A stretch of DNA of 64,000 nucleotides. Source: Atractiella rhizophila (lineage: Eukaryota). A model generated the notes under the pieces. The model was not told the origin of the DNA, made no database searches, and saw nothing but the letters and a program-made list of their open reading frames with translations. This document shows, piece by piece, positions 37,715 to 50,400 of this stretch. The translations under genes and the position numbers were made by a program. The stretch lies in assembly GCA_021432655.1 (NCBI GenBank), contig MU271359.1:1-64000 (forward strand). Direction: 5' to 3'. Each line of letters starts with the position of its first letter. Position 1 is the first letter of the stretch.

Positions 37715-40252
37715 CTAATAGAGTGGCACATTCTTCAACCACCTCTCCAACATATCCAAGCTCGCAACTGGTTGATCCGTAGGAACCTTTCGCCCAACCA
37801 ATACATCAGCTGCCATTCGGGGAAAGAAAAACAATAGCGTACCATGTGCCCAGCTTCTTCGATGGTCAAGAATGTGAAGTTGCCCGCTCCAGGTCCTAGA
37901 CACATTCCTCGTAAGCCGTTGTGATGCAAACGAAAGGACTAGGAGATGACAGTGGGGCTGCGACATACCAGCAGTTCGCACGCTTCCTTTCTTTCCTTTC
38001 AGGATTTGGGGAACAAAGTCCCTCGTAGGTGCATTGTTGAACTCCTCCTATAATCACCATCAGCACATCAACATGACCTATCCTATTTTCAACATAGTTA
38101 AGGGAACGGCGAACCTTGAAGCTGCTCTCGAGTGCCTCCATCCACAGTTTATTGCCTTCGTAGTTGCCTAACCACCGATGTTTCAACATTCCTTCCTCAT
38201 CAAAAGGAAGCAAGGGATACATACAAATGTAATCGTCCTCGCCAACATAGATAAGCACCCTGAGTCCTCCCTCGAGCATGTCGATCAACAAGTTCTCGTG
38301 GGGATAGTAGCTGTCAAAATGACCGTTGAAGTTGGTTCCAACGCTGCCGTTGCATGATGTGAATCCAACGTGCTCGGGGACTCCGAGTTCAGCTTTGATT
38401 GAAGGCTTGTTGAGGTAATTGTTTATCGGACCCATCATGTGCGCGCAGTCTATCAGAATATATTATGGTCAGAAGCATTTTTGATTGAAGAAGTAATGGA
38501 GATACAAACCTTCAACGCCTTTGTTCACGATATCGCATTTCTCCCTAACCTATAAAACATATGACAGTCAACAGTGGTCAATGCATCGACGATGAGGATG
38601 AAGAACCTGAACGCACATCGTATGGGTTCGTGTTTAGTTCATAGACGGGCATGCTGATTGACAGAGCGCAGAAAACGCTAGCTGGTCCACTGGAACAGGG
38701 TAAGACAAAGAGTAAACAATTGCTATCTTCTTCCAAAGAGTTAAAAACTTACCAAGTCCTCTCGTTGGGATTTTCGTAGCAGATTTTTAGGAGCTGTTCA
38801 CAAATAGGGACGTGCTTTTCCATCAAGTCGCAGGTCGTTTCTACCCACAATGTACAATTAGACCATCATCGGTGTTCTTTGAAAAGTGAGGAATAGGAAC
38901 GTACGATTCAACATCGCATAAGGGCTCTGGCAAGCATAAATCCAATCCCCTCGAGTTTGCAACAACGGGTCGCTACGCCTTTAATCAAACCGAGATTCAG
39001 ATTTTGAAGCGAGAGAAAAGGGGACCTTAACCCATTCCCAATCATGATGGACTCCAAAGGGATCTCAATCACTTCACGGCGATTTTGAACAGCAATGTTT
39101 CGCTATCGCAAGGCTGAGAATGAGAATAGGTATTGAATATGATGGAGAAGACAAACCAACTCCTGATTCTTGTCCCACACCTTTCTGGAGAAGGTAGGTA
39201 CGTATGTTCCTATTGATAGTCTGGTGTCAATTTCTGCATGCCAAAAAGGCAAGAGAGAGCGTACCGCCATAAGACTCTCCTGCAAGCGTGAATTTATTAT
39301 CCTTCAGGGCAGGGAATCGGGAATAGAAGAGCTGAAGGAAGACATAAAAGTCTTCCGACGCCTCCCACGAGTTCATGATCTCTTCTCCATCAGTCCATGA
39401 GTATCCAACATTGACGGGTTGGTCCAGGAAGAGGAGGTTGGCGTGAGCGTCTACAGTCGCAGAGCATCAAAAGAGGAATGAATGAGAGGAGAAAGCACAC
39501 TCCATCCGTATTGGTTGTATTCGGTACTGTTTCCTCCTTCCCTAAGCCAGAATTTAGTAAAGAAGGCAGTTAGGTGAGACATAAGGAAGGCCAACGCGAT
39601 GTTACAAGGTCCAAGTTCACCGAGAAGACCTGGTTAAACTCTCAGGCTATGGTCGACTTGGGAAAGGATTTGAAACATGCCAGTGAAGGATGAGCATCCA
39701 GGTCCACCTTCAAAATCCCATACATCAGCATCTTCTCTTCAAGAAGACGAGCAATGACGCGTACCATTCAGCCAAAGCACAAGCTATGAGCAATTTCAGG
39801 TCACTTCGCTGGAAAGATAGATGAGCAAATCTTACAGGATCGTTTGTAGGGTCCGACCTGCTCTCGAAGAACCAGAAAAAGAGGTGATGTTTCTCTGCAA
39901 CTTCGAAATAGCCGGACCATTGGTTGACGGTCGAATCACACAACTTGGGTTCCTTCAACTTCAAATGGTGCTCAGGAAATGCAGCGTGGGTAACGAGTTC
40001 ATCTAACACGTCACATAGTGAGTAAGCACCCGTATCGCGGCGGTGGGACAGAGAAAAGAGAAAGAGAGAGAGAAGAGGATGGTAAAGGGGAGACAAACAT
40101 TGGTGCCCATACGAAGACACCATTCTAACTTCATCGTTTGCTGGCGCTGCATTGGAAGCGAACACGAGCTGCTCCGCGTTTTGCAAGCCTGGCGCGGCCA
40201 GAGTGCTGACGCTCAAAGCGCTGAGCAATATGAGGGAGTTGAGGGAGATCAT
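37715..40252 (-). CDS. Serine carboxypeptidase, family S10 (carboxypeptidase Y-like)
   Basis: Signal peptide; WSGYF, HLFFWFFESRSDP, G|GPGCSS, LDQPVNVGYS, GESYGGTY, RVLIYVGEDDYIC and AGHM|VPTDQP. Confidence 0.95.
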
Positions 40253-40990
40253 CGTCGTCTTTGGACGGAAGATATTATTTCGAATCAATATTATTTCGAA
40301 TCAACATCATGCAAGGACTCCACATTTGAAATTGCAATTTGAGGGCCCGAAATACTGACAGGGTGTTACTTGCTCGCTCAAGGTATATCTTCTTTTCTTA
40401 ATAGTATGGCTAGCTACCAAGTTGAACGTGGTCCACACTCATTTTAGCTCGAAGACCTCCAGAAAGCCCAAAGAGAGCTCGCCAGAGATCTTGTGGCTGG
40501 AGGATCACTAAAGTTTCCAGCTGCCTTCTCTTTGGTTCGGTTTCTCCAGCCTTCCTCTCCAGCCTATTTAAGCGACCTGACGATTCCACCATCGTCGCTA
40601 AGCTGATATCCTCAAGACATCGTGAGGTGAAGACTCTATCGATCCCACTTGCAAGGAAAGCTGAGCAGACGTGGTATGTCTCTGTTCGGTTGACCTCGAA
40701 GATGACTCGCTCATTTGGGTCTTGTTCTGTTCCTGCAGCACCTGGACCTGGCAGGACAAGAAGAAGCGGTTCAGGAGGCGACCATCGAGTTGTTAGAACC
40801 TCCGTCAGCTTGAACGAGGCGTTTTGGGTACAGTCCCGAATCCCCCGACGCTCTGCCGTTTGCATCTTCAAAGCCTTGCGCCTTTACATCCTTCAGGCCT
40901 CAGAGGCAAGCTTCCCCGTCAATATATGTCAACACCCTAAACAAGAACTAAATCTAGTTGTCCAGCTCTCTTTCGTATCCTATTTCCTTG

Positions 40991-42785
40991 ATGCCTTCCG
41001 ACATCCAGACCCGGCCTTCCATCCCTCCTTCAACCCTCCTCGGTCGCCTCTGGGTTTCCTTCACCACTCTTCTCATCACTTTCCTCATCTACTCCTCCCA
41101 GCTCTTCGTCTTATGGCCGGCATACGGTCGCGTGTTTTCGTGGGAACTGCTCGAACATCTCATCCCCTTCAACGCTCTCGCTGGCCTGTTGCTCTGGAAC
41201 TACTACAAATCGGTCACGACCGATCCTGGCGGAGTTCCAGTTGGATGGACACCTCCGAGAGATGGGACTGAGGTAGAGGTCAAGAAGCTGACTGGGGGAC
41301 CGCGGTGGTGCGGGATGTGTGAGGCCTATAAGCCTCCGAGGACGCATCATTGTAGGGTTTGTAAACGGTTTGTCCCGTCCGGTTTTCTGATGTGTCATAT
41401 TCTTACTCGGATATAGATGCGTGTTACGAATGGACCATCATTGTCCCGTGCGTCCTCTGTTCCCTGTAATTTACTGAACGAGAAAGGTTGACGGCGGATC
41501 TTAGTGGGTAAACAACTGTATTGGACATGGGAACCATCGCTACTTCCTCCGCTTCCTCTTTTTCGTCGACATTACCACATCCTACCACTTGTACCTAATC
41601 TCCAAACGAGCCTTCGGTTCTCTCGCCTACAGGAGTGAACCGTCGATTCAAGAAGTCATATTCCTCATCCTGAACTATACCTTCGGCGCACCGGTCATCC
41701 TCGCTGTTGGCGCATTCAGCATCTATCACCTCATTGGTTTGCTCAATAACACCACGACCATCGAAGGATGGGAGAAGGACAAAGTTGCCACGCTGCGAAG
41801 GAGAGGCAAGATACAGTCTGTTAGTCTTCCCCTTATTCAATCTCCTGGCGTTCTAACTAGCGTTGCTGGAAACTTTGGCACAGGTGAAGTTCCCCTACGA
41901 CCTCGGCCCCCTTGCGAACATTCGGTCTGTGTTGGGTGATAGCCCGTTGCTCTGGTGTCTTTGGGGATTACCGAAAGGAAGAGGAACAGAATGGAAGGTT
42001 CGAGAGGGAGAAGGTGAGGAAGTCGATTGGATGGAGGAGGTGCAGAAGGAGCGGAGGAAGGAGAGGGAGAGGGAGAGGGCGATCGTAGAGGAAGAATGGC
42101 AGATGGTCTAAACTCCCGCTAGCGTCTCAAAGGAGACGTATATTCTAGTTCATTGTAAGTGTTTCCATCTCCGCTTTTTGTAAGAAAAGGAAGGGAGTTG
42201 ATTCAGGTGCAGGATCAACTCATGACTCCTTCCTTCGCTCCAAAACTGCACCTCCACAAATTTCTTTGCCTACCTTTGAGCCTGTTACTGACTTTCATTT
42301 TCCTTGGGGAAACGTAGATCTATCTTCGCAATATACCTGGCCTCCGAAAGAACCGTTCGCCTCCCCATCCTACGCACCACCTCGAGCTCCCAGCGACCCG
42401 TTCACCTTTGGCCATGAGCGTCTAAACCCCTCCCTTCTTCCACCATATCACCCTGACTACGAGCCTCCACCAGAGGGAGAGGAGGGCGACCTCATCGATG
42501 ACGACGATGTGCCATTGGCGATCCATCAACGACGCGTGCGGATGAGACAAGGAAGTGAAGGGTGGGAAGTGCGACCTGTGAAAGTAGGAGATGTGGAGCG
42601 AGAAGCGATTCTTAGGGAATTTGAGAAGAGACAGGACGGTAATTTGGGACTTTAATGCAAATGTGACACCTGTGGACGAGGGAGACGATGAAGGGAAGGT
42701 TGATTTGGCAAGATGGGATAGGTATAAGAGATATGAGCCTGAAGAAGGTTATGAGGAGGATAGCTTGAGTGATTATTCGGATTAG
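40991..42785 (+). CDS. PFA4: DHHC palmitoyltransferase, PFA4-like
   Basis: TDPGGVP, CEAYKPPRTHHCRVC, MDHHCP|WVNNCIG, NTTTIEGWEKDKV, FPYDLG and YTWPP. The stop is either 42655 or 42785 (see finding). Confidence 0.9.
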
Positions 42786-43192
42786 CATTATTTATTCCGT
42801 GCATAATATGTGGTTAATGCAAGTTATTCCCCATCACACACCAAATTGTAGCCGTTACTCGTTATCTTCATTGTTGATCGTCGATAGCACTCTCCTTTGA
42901 GAACCCAGTGCAAGCGCGAACCTCATGGATAGTGGCCATTGGGATTGGAACACTTATCTCAAAGGCGACCTATTGTGACAAACGTTAGTCTGTTTCCCTC
43001 ATTTTGCCGCATCTTTCACTTCTGTCATCGACTTGCATTGCAATCAAAATGCCGCACCAGATCCTACTAACATACAACAATCCATTCCAACTAATTACGA
43101 AGGACACAAAATAAACCTGCAACTGATACCCAGGGCTTGAAGCAAATAATGATACACGTAGAATGTAGATGAAGTGGGAAGTGGTTAAATGG

Positions 43193-43966
43193 TCAAGCAC
43201 ACGATCTAATATCGCTAATCATAACCCTCCCAGCTGTCTTCATCTCTGCTGCTGGCGGTCGGAAAGATTTGGATGCTACCACAGAAAGTTGAGCGCCAGT
43301 TCTAGCTCGAGGGAGAAGCATACGTCTTGGCAATACAGGGCTTGGCCGAATCTTTCTCTTCTCTGGCTCAGCATGTACTCTCTCATCGTCCAGTTGATCC
43401 AGCTCTTCCTCGCTCTCCGAATGCTGGACAGCTCCGGGGCTAACGTTGGAGCTTGATCGTTCGAGGACTTTCTTCCTCAAATTGGCAAGAACTTCCCCAT
43501 GCGACGAGGAAGACTTTCGTCTCTTCTTTCCAGGCTCAGTTCCATCCGTCGAAGGCGAAAGCTTGCGTTTTGCGCCAGCGAGGGGGGGAGGGGAGGATGC
43601 AGGAGGAGGGGATTGAGGGGACGGAAAGTGTGCGTGCGCGTGTGCCGTGTGTAAAGACATTTGAAGCATGATTGAGGTGGAACGGATATTCTCTGTTCGA
43701 AGAGTTTCAAGGTGTAGGTTTGTCAGAGCTGTGAGTCGCTGCCACACAAAAATATATCCTCAGCCACTGGGTTGCCAGGCGGGAAAACAGCTTAGACGCA
43801 CCTCATCCTCCTTCCTCTTTGCTTCCAGTATAGATTTAAGGAGCTCGATATCACCATTGCCATCTTTTTCATACGCCTTAAGGATAGAGGTGATAGAAGG
43901 TGAGAGTTTGACAAGGTCAGGATGCATAGTGGTTTGAGAAGGGTGAATGTCTTTCGTTGCAGACAT
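43193..43966 (-). CDS. Small uncharacterised protein, two exons
   Basis: Exon 1 ..GDIELLKSILEAKRKEDE|gtgcgt splices to cag|RLTALTNLHLE..; basic NLS-like GKKRRK. Confidence 0.7.
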
Positions 43967-44035
43967 GATGGTTGCTAGGATAAGATCAATGGATGATGGA
44001 TGGTTTCTGCCAAGGGGGGAAGGCAGGTTGGGTCT

Positions 44036-44049
44036 GCTTTTATAAAAGC
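44036..44049. promoter_or_regulatory. Palindromic TATA box
   Basis: GCTTTTATAAAAGC is a perfect 14-bp palindrome, giving TATAAAA on both strands, 70 bp upstream of the ATG at 43966. Confidence 0.55.
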
Positions 44050-45974
44050 CTGAAGAATCTTAGGATAAAAAGGGAAAGAGGTTCATGAGAGTCTTGGCAA
44101 ACCTGACTGAAAATAGGCGTCCAGTTCCAGACCACCGTCCGACGTAGACCAACGTAGACCTCATCCCCCTTCACTTCTTTATCCTTTCGGCTCACCCATC
44201 TTCGAATCAGAATCAGGTCAACTCTGGTAATCAGAGCTGCACATCTCTGCACGATACAGAGCGTTGGACGGTGATGAGGGGAGATTGCAAGGACAAGCCC
44301 GACACCGCATGTCCAGACGTCTTGGTTCTCTTCTTCCTTTCCAATCCCATTTTTAGAGCAGACAGAAGAATGTGCCAGAATGTGCCGCGTTTGAATTGAA
44401 CAAACGAACATGAGCACGCTCTTGGCTTGCTTTGATTTCTGGCTGATCCACCGGGAAAGATAGAGCCAAGTCCTTTACGTAATGGCACCCTTGGCTTGAA
44501 GCTTTGGCTTTGAAGTAGAAAGGAGACATGAACGGGGAGCTTAGAGGAGCTCTGAGAGAGAGGAAGCAGGAAAGAGCTCTCTTGAAAACGGAAAGTCTCG
44601 GATCCAGCGAAGATTCCCCCTGGATAAACAAGTCTGTGCCAGGATTTGTCTCAGAGAAGGTAGATAATGCAGTGTCCTTGGAAGAGGAAAGTTGACAAAG
44701 TAAACAGGAGGCAGGCTGCTCCCTGCATTCAGGATGTGTGCATTAGGATCAGCAAACAAACACCCAGCCATTAGGCGTGTGATGCACGTCCTTTCTCCCG
44801 CGTTAAAATGAATACAGATGCTGTCATGACATTAGGGCTAGAAGGTGAAAATTGACGCTGTGGAGATAATTTACAGTATACAAAGCATTATAAAGGCGCG
44901 AAGATGGAAGGTTCATGATGATGGGCGACTGCATTCTCTGACGATAGCGCCGAGGATGGAGAGGGTAACTTCAACTACACACAGGCTACACACAGGCATC
45001 AAAAGTACCCGACAACATCAACTGCACTTTATCATCTCACAAAAACAAAGAAGCGGCGCCTCTCTTTTCTCCCCAACACGAAAAGATCAACGCGGCGAGT
45101 TAAGTGCAGAGACGTATAGAACACCCTTCTATTCCGCAAAAGTTTAACACGAGACACATAAGAGGGAAATAAAACTGAGAACAGTAAGGAGCGACAGAGC
45201 TCGACCAGATAGATAGCAATGAGAAACGCGCCTTCAAAGCTTTTGAGTCCCGAACCAAATTTTACGTTTCTACGACTCCAAATGCTCCGTCAAATATGAG
45301 CCTCGTTCAGCGCTAGATTAAAGCAGTGGAGATGGGTTTAAGACACTTATTATCAGGTGAGAAAAGTAAAGCAGCAAGTTGAGCAGGGCTGATTCAAACA
45401 AAAGTTACACTTTCCTGTCTTGGAAATTCCAGACAAGGAAACAAATTTGAATACTACTACAAGGTCCCGATCATGAGTGCGTATTACATTGGCAACACAA
45501 CAAATACCGCCTCGAAGGGTAAAACAGTCGAAACCGTGAAGGAACGGTAAAAATGGCTTGGCAGAAGAAGTTGGGTATATATAACCTCGGGCTTGAGTTC
45601 GTTGTCGTCTGAGACTCGCGTAGCAGGCAGATTCAAAAGGTGAGCAACTCTTTGACAGCTGTTTTGATGAAGGAACGGTCTGAGAGATGCCATTCTCACT
45701 TGCTTCGGTGACATTTATCTGCAGTTACGCCTACTCGTCCAGAATTTTTGTTCTGCAGACTCGCCACAATTGAGGAGATCAGCCATAGTAATGACGACGA
45801 GTATCTGATCCATTCATTCCACGCTGCGTTCATGCTGAATGAGCGAATTCACGCGGGATTATTCATCGTATCCCCAGGCAATCGTGCTTCGGTGCAGTAC
45901 ACATTTGCTGATTCATTCTCAACAGTCAACCACAAATAAATAAGACACTACCAAGACGAAACGGCAGGAATAAG

Positions 45975-47072
45975 ATGAACTTCCCATCCGCAAACCACTA
46001 CGGCTCCTCGCCCTACCCCTCGGCCTATCCTCCCAACGATTCCTCCTACGCACCTCCGCCTCTCCCGCCCTCACAGCCCAGCCAAACCCTTCCCGGACCT
46101 CCCCTCCCACATGGATGGGTAGCAGAATACGACTCAAACTACCAAAAGTGGTACTTCGTCGACACACGTCAAAACCCGCCTCACATCACTTGGGACGATC
46201 CGCGTCCTCCTCACCAACCGCCCTATCCACCCCCATCCAGTTCTCCCCATCCGTACCCACCACCGTCCACCTCTCCCCATCCTTATCCTCAACCATCCAC
46301 CTCTCCCCACCCCCAACAACAACAACAACCGGGAGGAGGAGAAGGAACGGACCGCGGCTTGCTCTCCAGCGCGATGAAGTATGGCGCTCCTCTTCTCTCT
46401 GGATCAGGATCGGGATCTGGGTCTGGAGGACATGGATCTTCTCCTTTTGGCGGTGGAGCGGTCGGTGCGCTCGCTGGCAAGTTTCTCAATAAACCGGGCG
46501 GCGGGTCTCATGGCGGCGGAGGATCAAGCTCTGGAGGCTTGGGTGGGTTGCTAGGGGGTTTGGTGGGCGGTGGGAGTCATGCTGGAGGTGGAGGTGGAGG
46601 TCATGCTGGGGGATATGGTGGAGGGTATGGAGGATACGGTGGAGGTGGAGGTCATGCTGGAGGGTATGGAGGATATGGTGGAGGCGGAGGCCATGGTGGA
46701 GGGTATGGTGGATATGGTGGAGGTGGACATGCTCAGCAGGGACACTACGGTGGTGGACACGGGCAGTATGGACAGCATGGAGGTGGTGGACATGGGTATG
46801 GTGGGTACGGGGGGCATGGACACAAGAGGCGAGGTAAGTCTTGGACTTGACGTGTCTACATCCATCCGTCGATGCTTTGGTAGCTCATTTCAGCTTGATG
46901 GTGCAGGATCGGGTGATAGCGATGATCATGGTCATGGTCACGGAGGAGGACACTATGGCGGAGGTCATTACGGAGGAGGGCACCATGGGCATCATAGACG
47001 CGGTAAGTTGGCAGTTTGGTGCTCGGAGGTGAGAAACTGATAGCTGCGCCTGAAGGGTCCCACGATAGCTGA
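45975..47072 (+). CDS. WW-domain protein with Pro-rich and Gly/His/Tyr-rich low-complexity regions
   Basis: LPHGWVAEYD..KWYFVDT..ITWDDPR; GGHAGGYGGYGG repeats; two further short exons ending SHDS-TGA. Confidence 0.85.
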
Positions 47073-47490
47073 ACGTTGGACGTCAAAGCTTGGTTCCTTT
47101 TCCTCAGGATGGCAGGTTTGCTGTCCTCATTGAAGTCGCTGGACGGTTTTCGGTTGTGCTCATTTGGTTATGTATCTGTATGAGATGGACATTACACATT
47201 CCATTCGAACTTGTAATCGAGTAGTTGAGCATTGGAATGAAATACGCACCTGGCATTCAATTTTGATTTTAGCTGGGATTGATGAAAGATTACATAACCG
47301 GCTGAGGGCAACTCTTCGGGCTTGCAGTTATCACCGTGGCGGCCGTGCCCGACGACTTCATCATGGAATCGGTGAGCTGACCTCCACCTCAATTCCACCA
47401 CCAACAACTCCTCCTCCCCACCAAGACTGCCACCAAGAGCATCCCAAAGCATTAACACCTGACTCCTCCCGACCCAGCAGCAAAGGAAGG

Positions 47491-50400
47491 ATGGACGTCC
47501 AATCGGATGTGAATATGCAGTCGCCGTTGGGGTCAGCATCAACAATGAGTATGAACGGTGGCGTGAACGTGAATGTCGTGCATGTGGGAGGAGGCACGAA
47601 GGAGAAAGGGAAGGCGAAGGAGAAGGCTCCTCCTTTGCCGCGATACGAGGCATGTAATTGTGCGTTTTCTCCTTTCATAATGATTTTTCATTTAATTTTA
47701 CATCGTGTTTTTATTGATGGACCATGTAAACAGCATGTCGTCTTCGAAAGGTGCGCTGCGATGGTATGTCGTCCCTTTATTCTTGAATATAACCTCGATT
47801 GAATGTCGCTTAACAGGCAAATTTCCGTGTAGGCTCCATCCCGTCCCGTAGCCTGTCAAAAGATAGTGACCATGGATAACGAAACTAGGTGGCGCATGCG
47901 TCCGGTCCCAGAACTCCAAGAGAGGATCCTCCCTCGCCCAGACGTGCGAATACGATGCTGGGAGGCAGAGGAAGCCCAAATACGTGATCAGCAACGGTAA
48001 TAACCGGCATCCACACGATGAACTCGAACACAATCCACCGAACGAGCACAACACAAGTCTACCCTTATCCCAAGCTCGAAGAGAAAATGGGACAAGGGAG
48101 GATGGAAGTACGGATGGCACCGGTGACTCCCCAAGTAATGCTAATGCTAGGTGGACGGTTCCGACCGGTGTCCCTGATCCTGGTCAGACTCGTGGATGGG
48201 AAGGAGGAGACGTTAGGTTGGCGGGAAAGAAGAGGAAGAGGGTGGAGGAGTGGTATGGGCATGCAGATAGAGAGGGAGAAGGAGAGGGGGAGGGGGAAGA
48301 AGGGGGAAATGAGAATGGAGAAGTGCTTGCTCTGGGCATGAGGTTGCGTGCGTCCTCTCCCCTCTCGCTTCCCTTCCCTTACTTCACTTTATGACTGATT
48401 TGGACTTGTAGAGGCATTGAAACAAGCTTTTGAAGCGCTCAAATCTGGTAACTCTGGCCAACCTCAACAGCAACAAGCACAACCGACCACTTGCACTCCT
48501 CCTCCTGTGCTCCCATACGACCCTTCGACCGACAAGGGAGCTTACACCCATCTATTTCCCACGATGCACAATGACAGAGTTAGAGGAAGCAAAGGAGCGG
48601 TGGAAGCGGAGCAAGGACAGAGAAAAGAAGATGTGAATTGGTCAAACATCTCCTTCTCCTTCCCAACCCTGCCATCTCCTCCTCCACCCTCTCAACCCTC
48701 GTCCTTTCCCTACCTCTCCACACACACTTCTAATCCCTCTACCAACGCTACACCTCCTTTACCTCACACCGAAAGGGCATACGAACAAGTGCTTCTTCCC
48801 TTTCCCACACCACCCGGTTCAACGCCGACGCCTCCACCGACTTCTCAACCCCCATCTCACGCCGCCGCTTCCTCATCTGTTCCAATGCAGCACTTCCCAT
48901 CCGCCATCCCACTGCTCTCGTCCCCGCCAAACAGGAGTGTGCGAAGGAAGCAGAACCCGTGGCCGACATGCTTACCACCAAGGGAAGTGACGATCCCGCT
49001 GGTGTTCGCGGCGTACGGAAAATGCATCGTCCTCGCTGATATCCTCTATCCTCCAACCTTCATCTCCGGAGTCGTCACTCAGTGGTATGAGAGAGAGAAA
49101 GGGGAAAAACCGTTTTATCCCCTCGTTTTGGCAGTTTGTCTGGTTGGATTGTATGGGTTGAAGGAGGAGGAGATTGCGGAGATGGTGAGGAGAGCAGGTG
49201 GGAGGTGGTGGGAGGTGGATGGAGGAGAGGTGGAGATGGAGAACGAGGGAATAGTTGGCATGGAGAGGCCGAGTGATGCTCAGATGAGAAGTTTCGGGTC
49301 GAAAGAAAAAGGAACGACGGTGAAAAGACAGTTGATCAATCATTTGTTTAACGCCATCAAAAAGGCTGTAGCCGACATAGAGGGACAGGTTCAGGAGGTA
49401 GAGGAGGGAGAGGAGAGAGAGAGGAGGTTGTTCGACGTTGCCAGGTGTTTGACTATCACCGTCTTGTACTTGAATACCGACGGTGAGTCTCTTCCCACCG
49501 TTTTGCCCTGTCCACCCCACGTTGTACCATCTAACAACGCTAAATCGATAGCCCATTACCTCCTCTCCGGCCTTTGGAGTGGAACGGCAGCAAGGATATG
49601 CATGATGTTGGGCCTGCATCGGACTCCTTACACCGCTGGCTCACTCAAGGTTCCGTCGAGCGAGAGCACAAAGAAGGAGCGAGAGGCATATGAGCGGTTC
49701 GTCCCTCTCTTCCTAATCACCCTAAAGTGAAAGGGGAACCCAATGCTGACCTTGGTATGAATGACAGCTCGATGTTGTTCTGGACAACGATGTCGATGGA
49801 ACAGTATTGTTCGAGCGTGACCAACTATCCTGCGCCGTTATCGATGGTAGATATCCTCGCACCACTTCCACCTAGAGTACCGTGTTCGCCAACGATGGAG
49901 GAGGGGATGGAAATGGAGAAAATGTGTTGTAATCATCCGAGGTTTTGGGAGGTCGAGGCGGAGGAAGGGTTGCAGTTGGACGACTATCAGCCCCATCAGC
50001 TGATGGTTAAGATGTCGGTCTTGAGCGACAAAGTGATGTGTTTCATTCGACGTTTGTTTTTCTTCTCGCTTCGCAAAGAACCCTGTTTGGGCTGATGGCC
50101 GTGTTTAATGAGCGTAGACCAGACAGTGAGTGTCGGCAGGTTGAAGGATAAGATTCAGCTCGATGTTAGACACGCCAGAGATAGGTTCGTATTTCTAGCC
50201 TTATATACAAGAGATGGGATAATGGACACCAGTGCGGAGTTCCAGGCTGTTCATGTCCTCGTCCAAAAGCACATCGACGCTTTCCCAAGACGGTTCATAG
50301 TGCTATCCACGCTCAATCGGCAGCTCACAACGCAAGAGAAGCGGGAAAGGTACTACTATCTCCAAGCCTACTGCATCGTCAACAGGTTCGTCACTTCTCC

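Noticed and set aside
40003..40111. Closing stem in the ~108-nt first carboxypeptidase intron
   Set aside because: Only about 8 bp with two G-U pairs, at chance level; not counted as support.
40410..41271. ORFs 40410-40871 (-) and 40627-41271 (+)
   Set aside because: No recognisable domain; they lie in the divergent promoter/UTR or are out of frame with PFA4.
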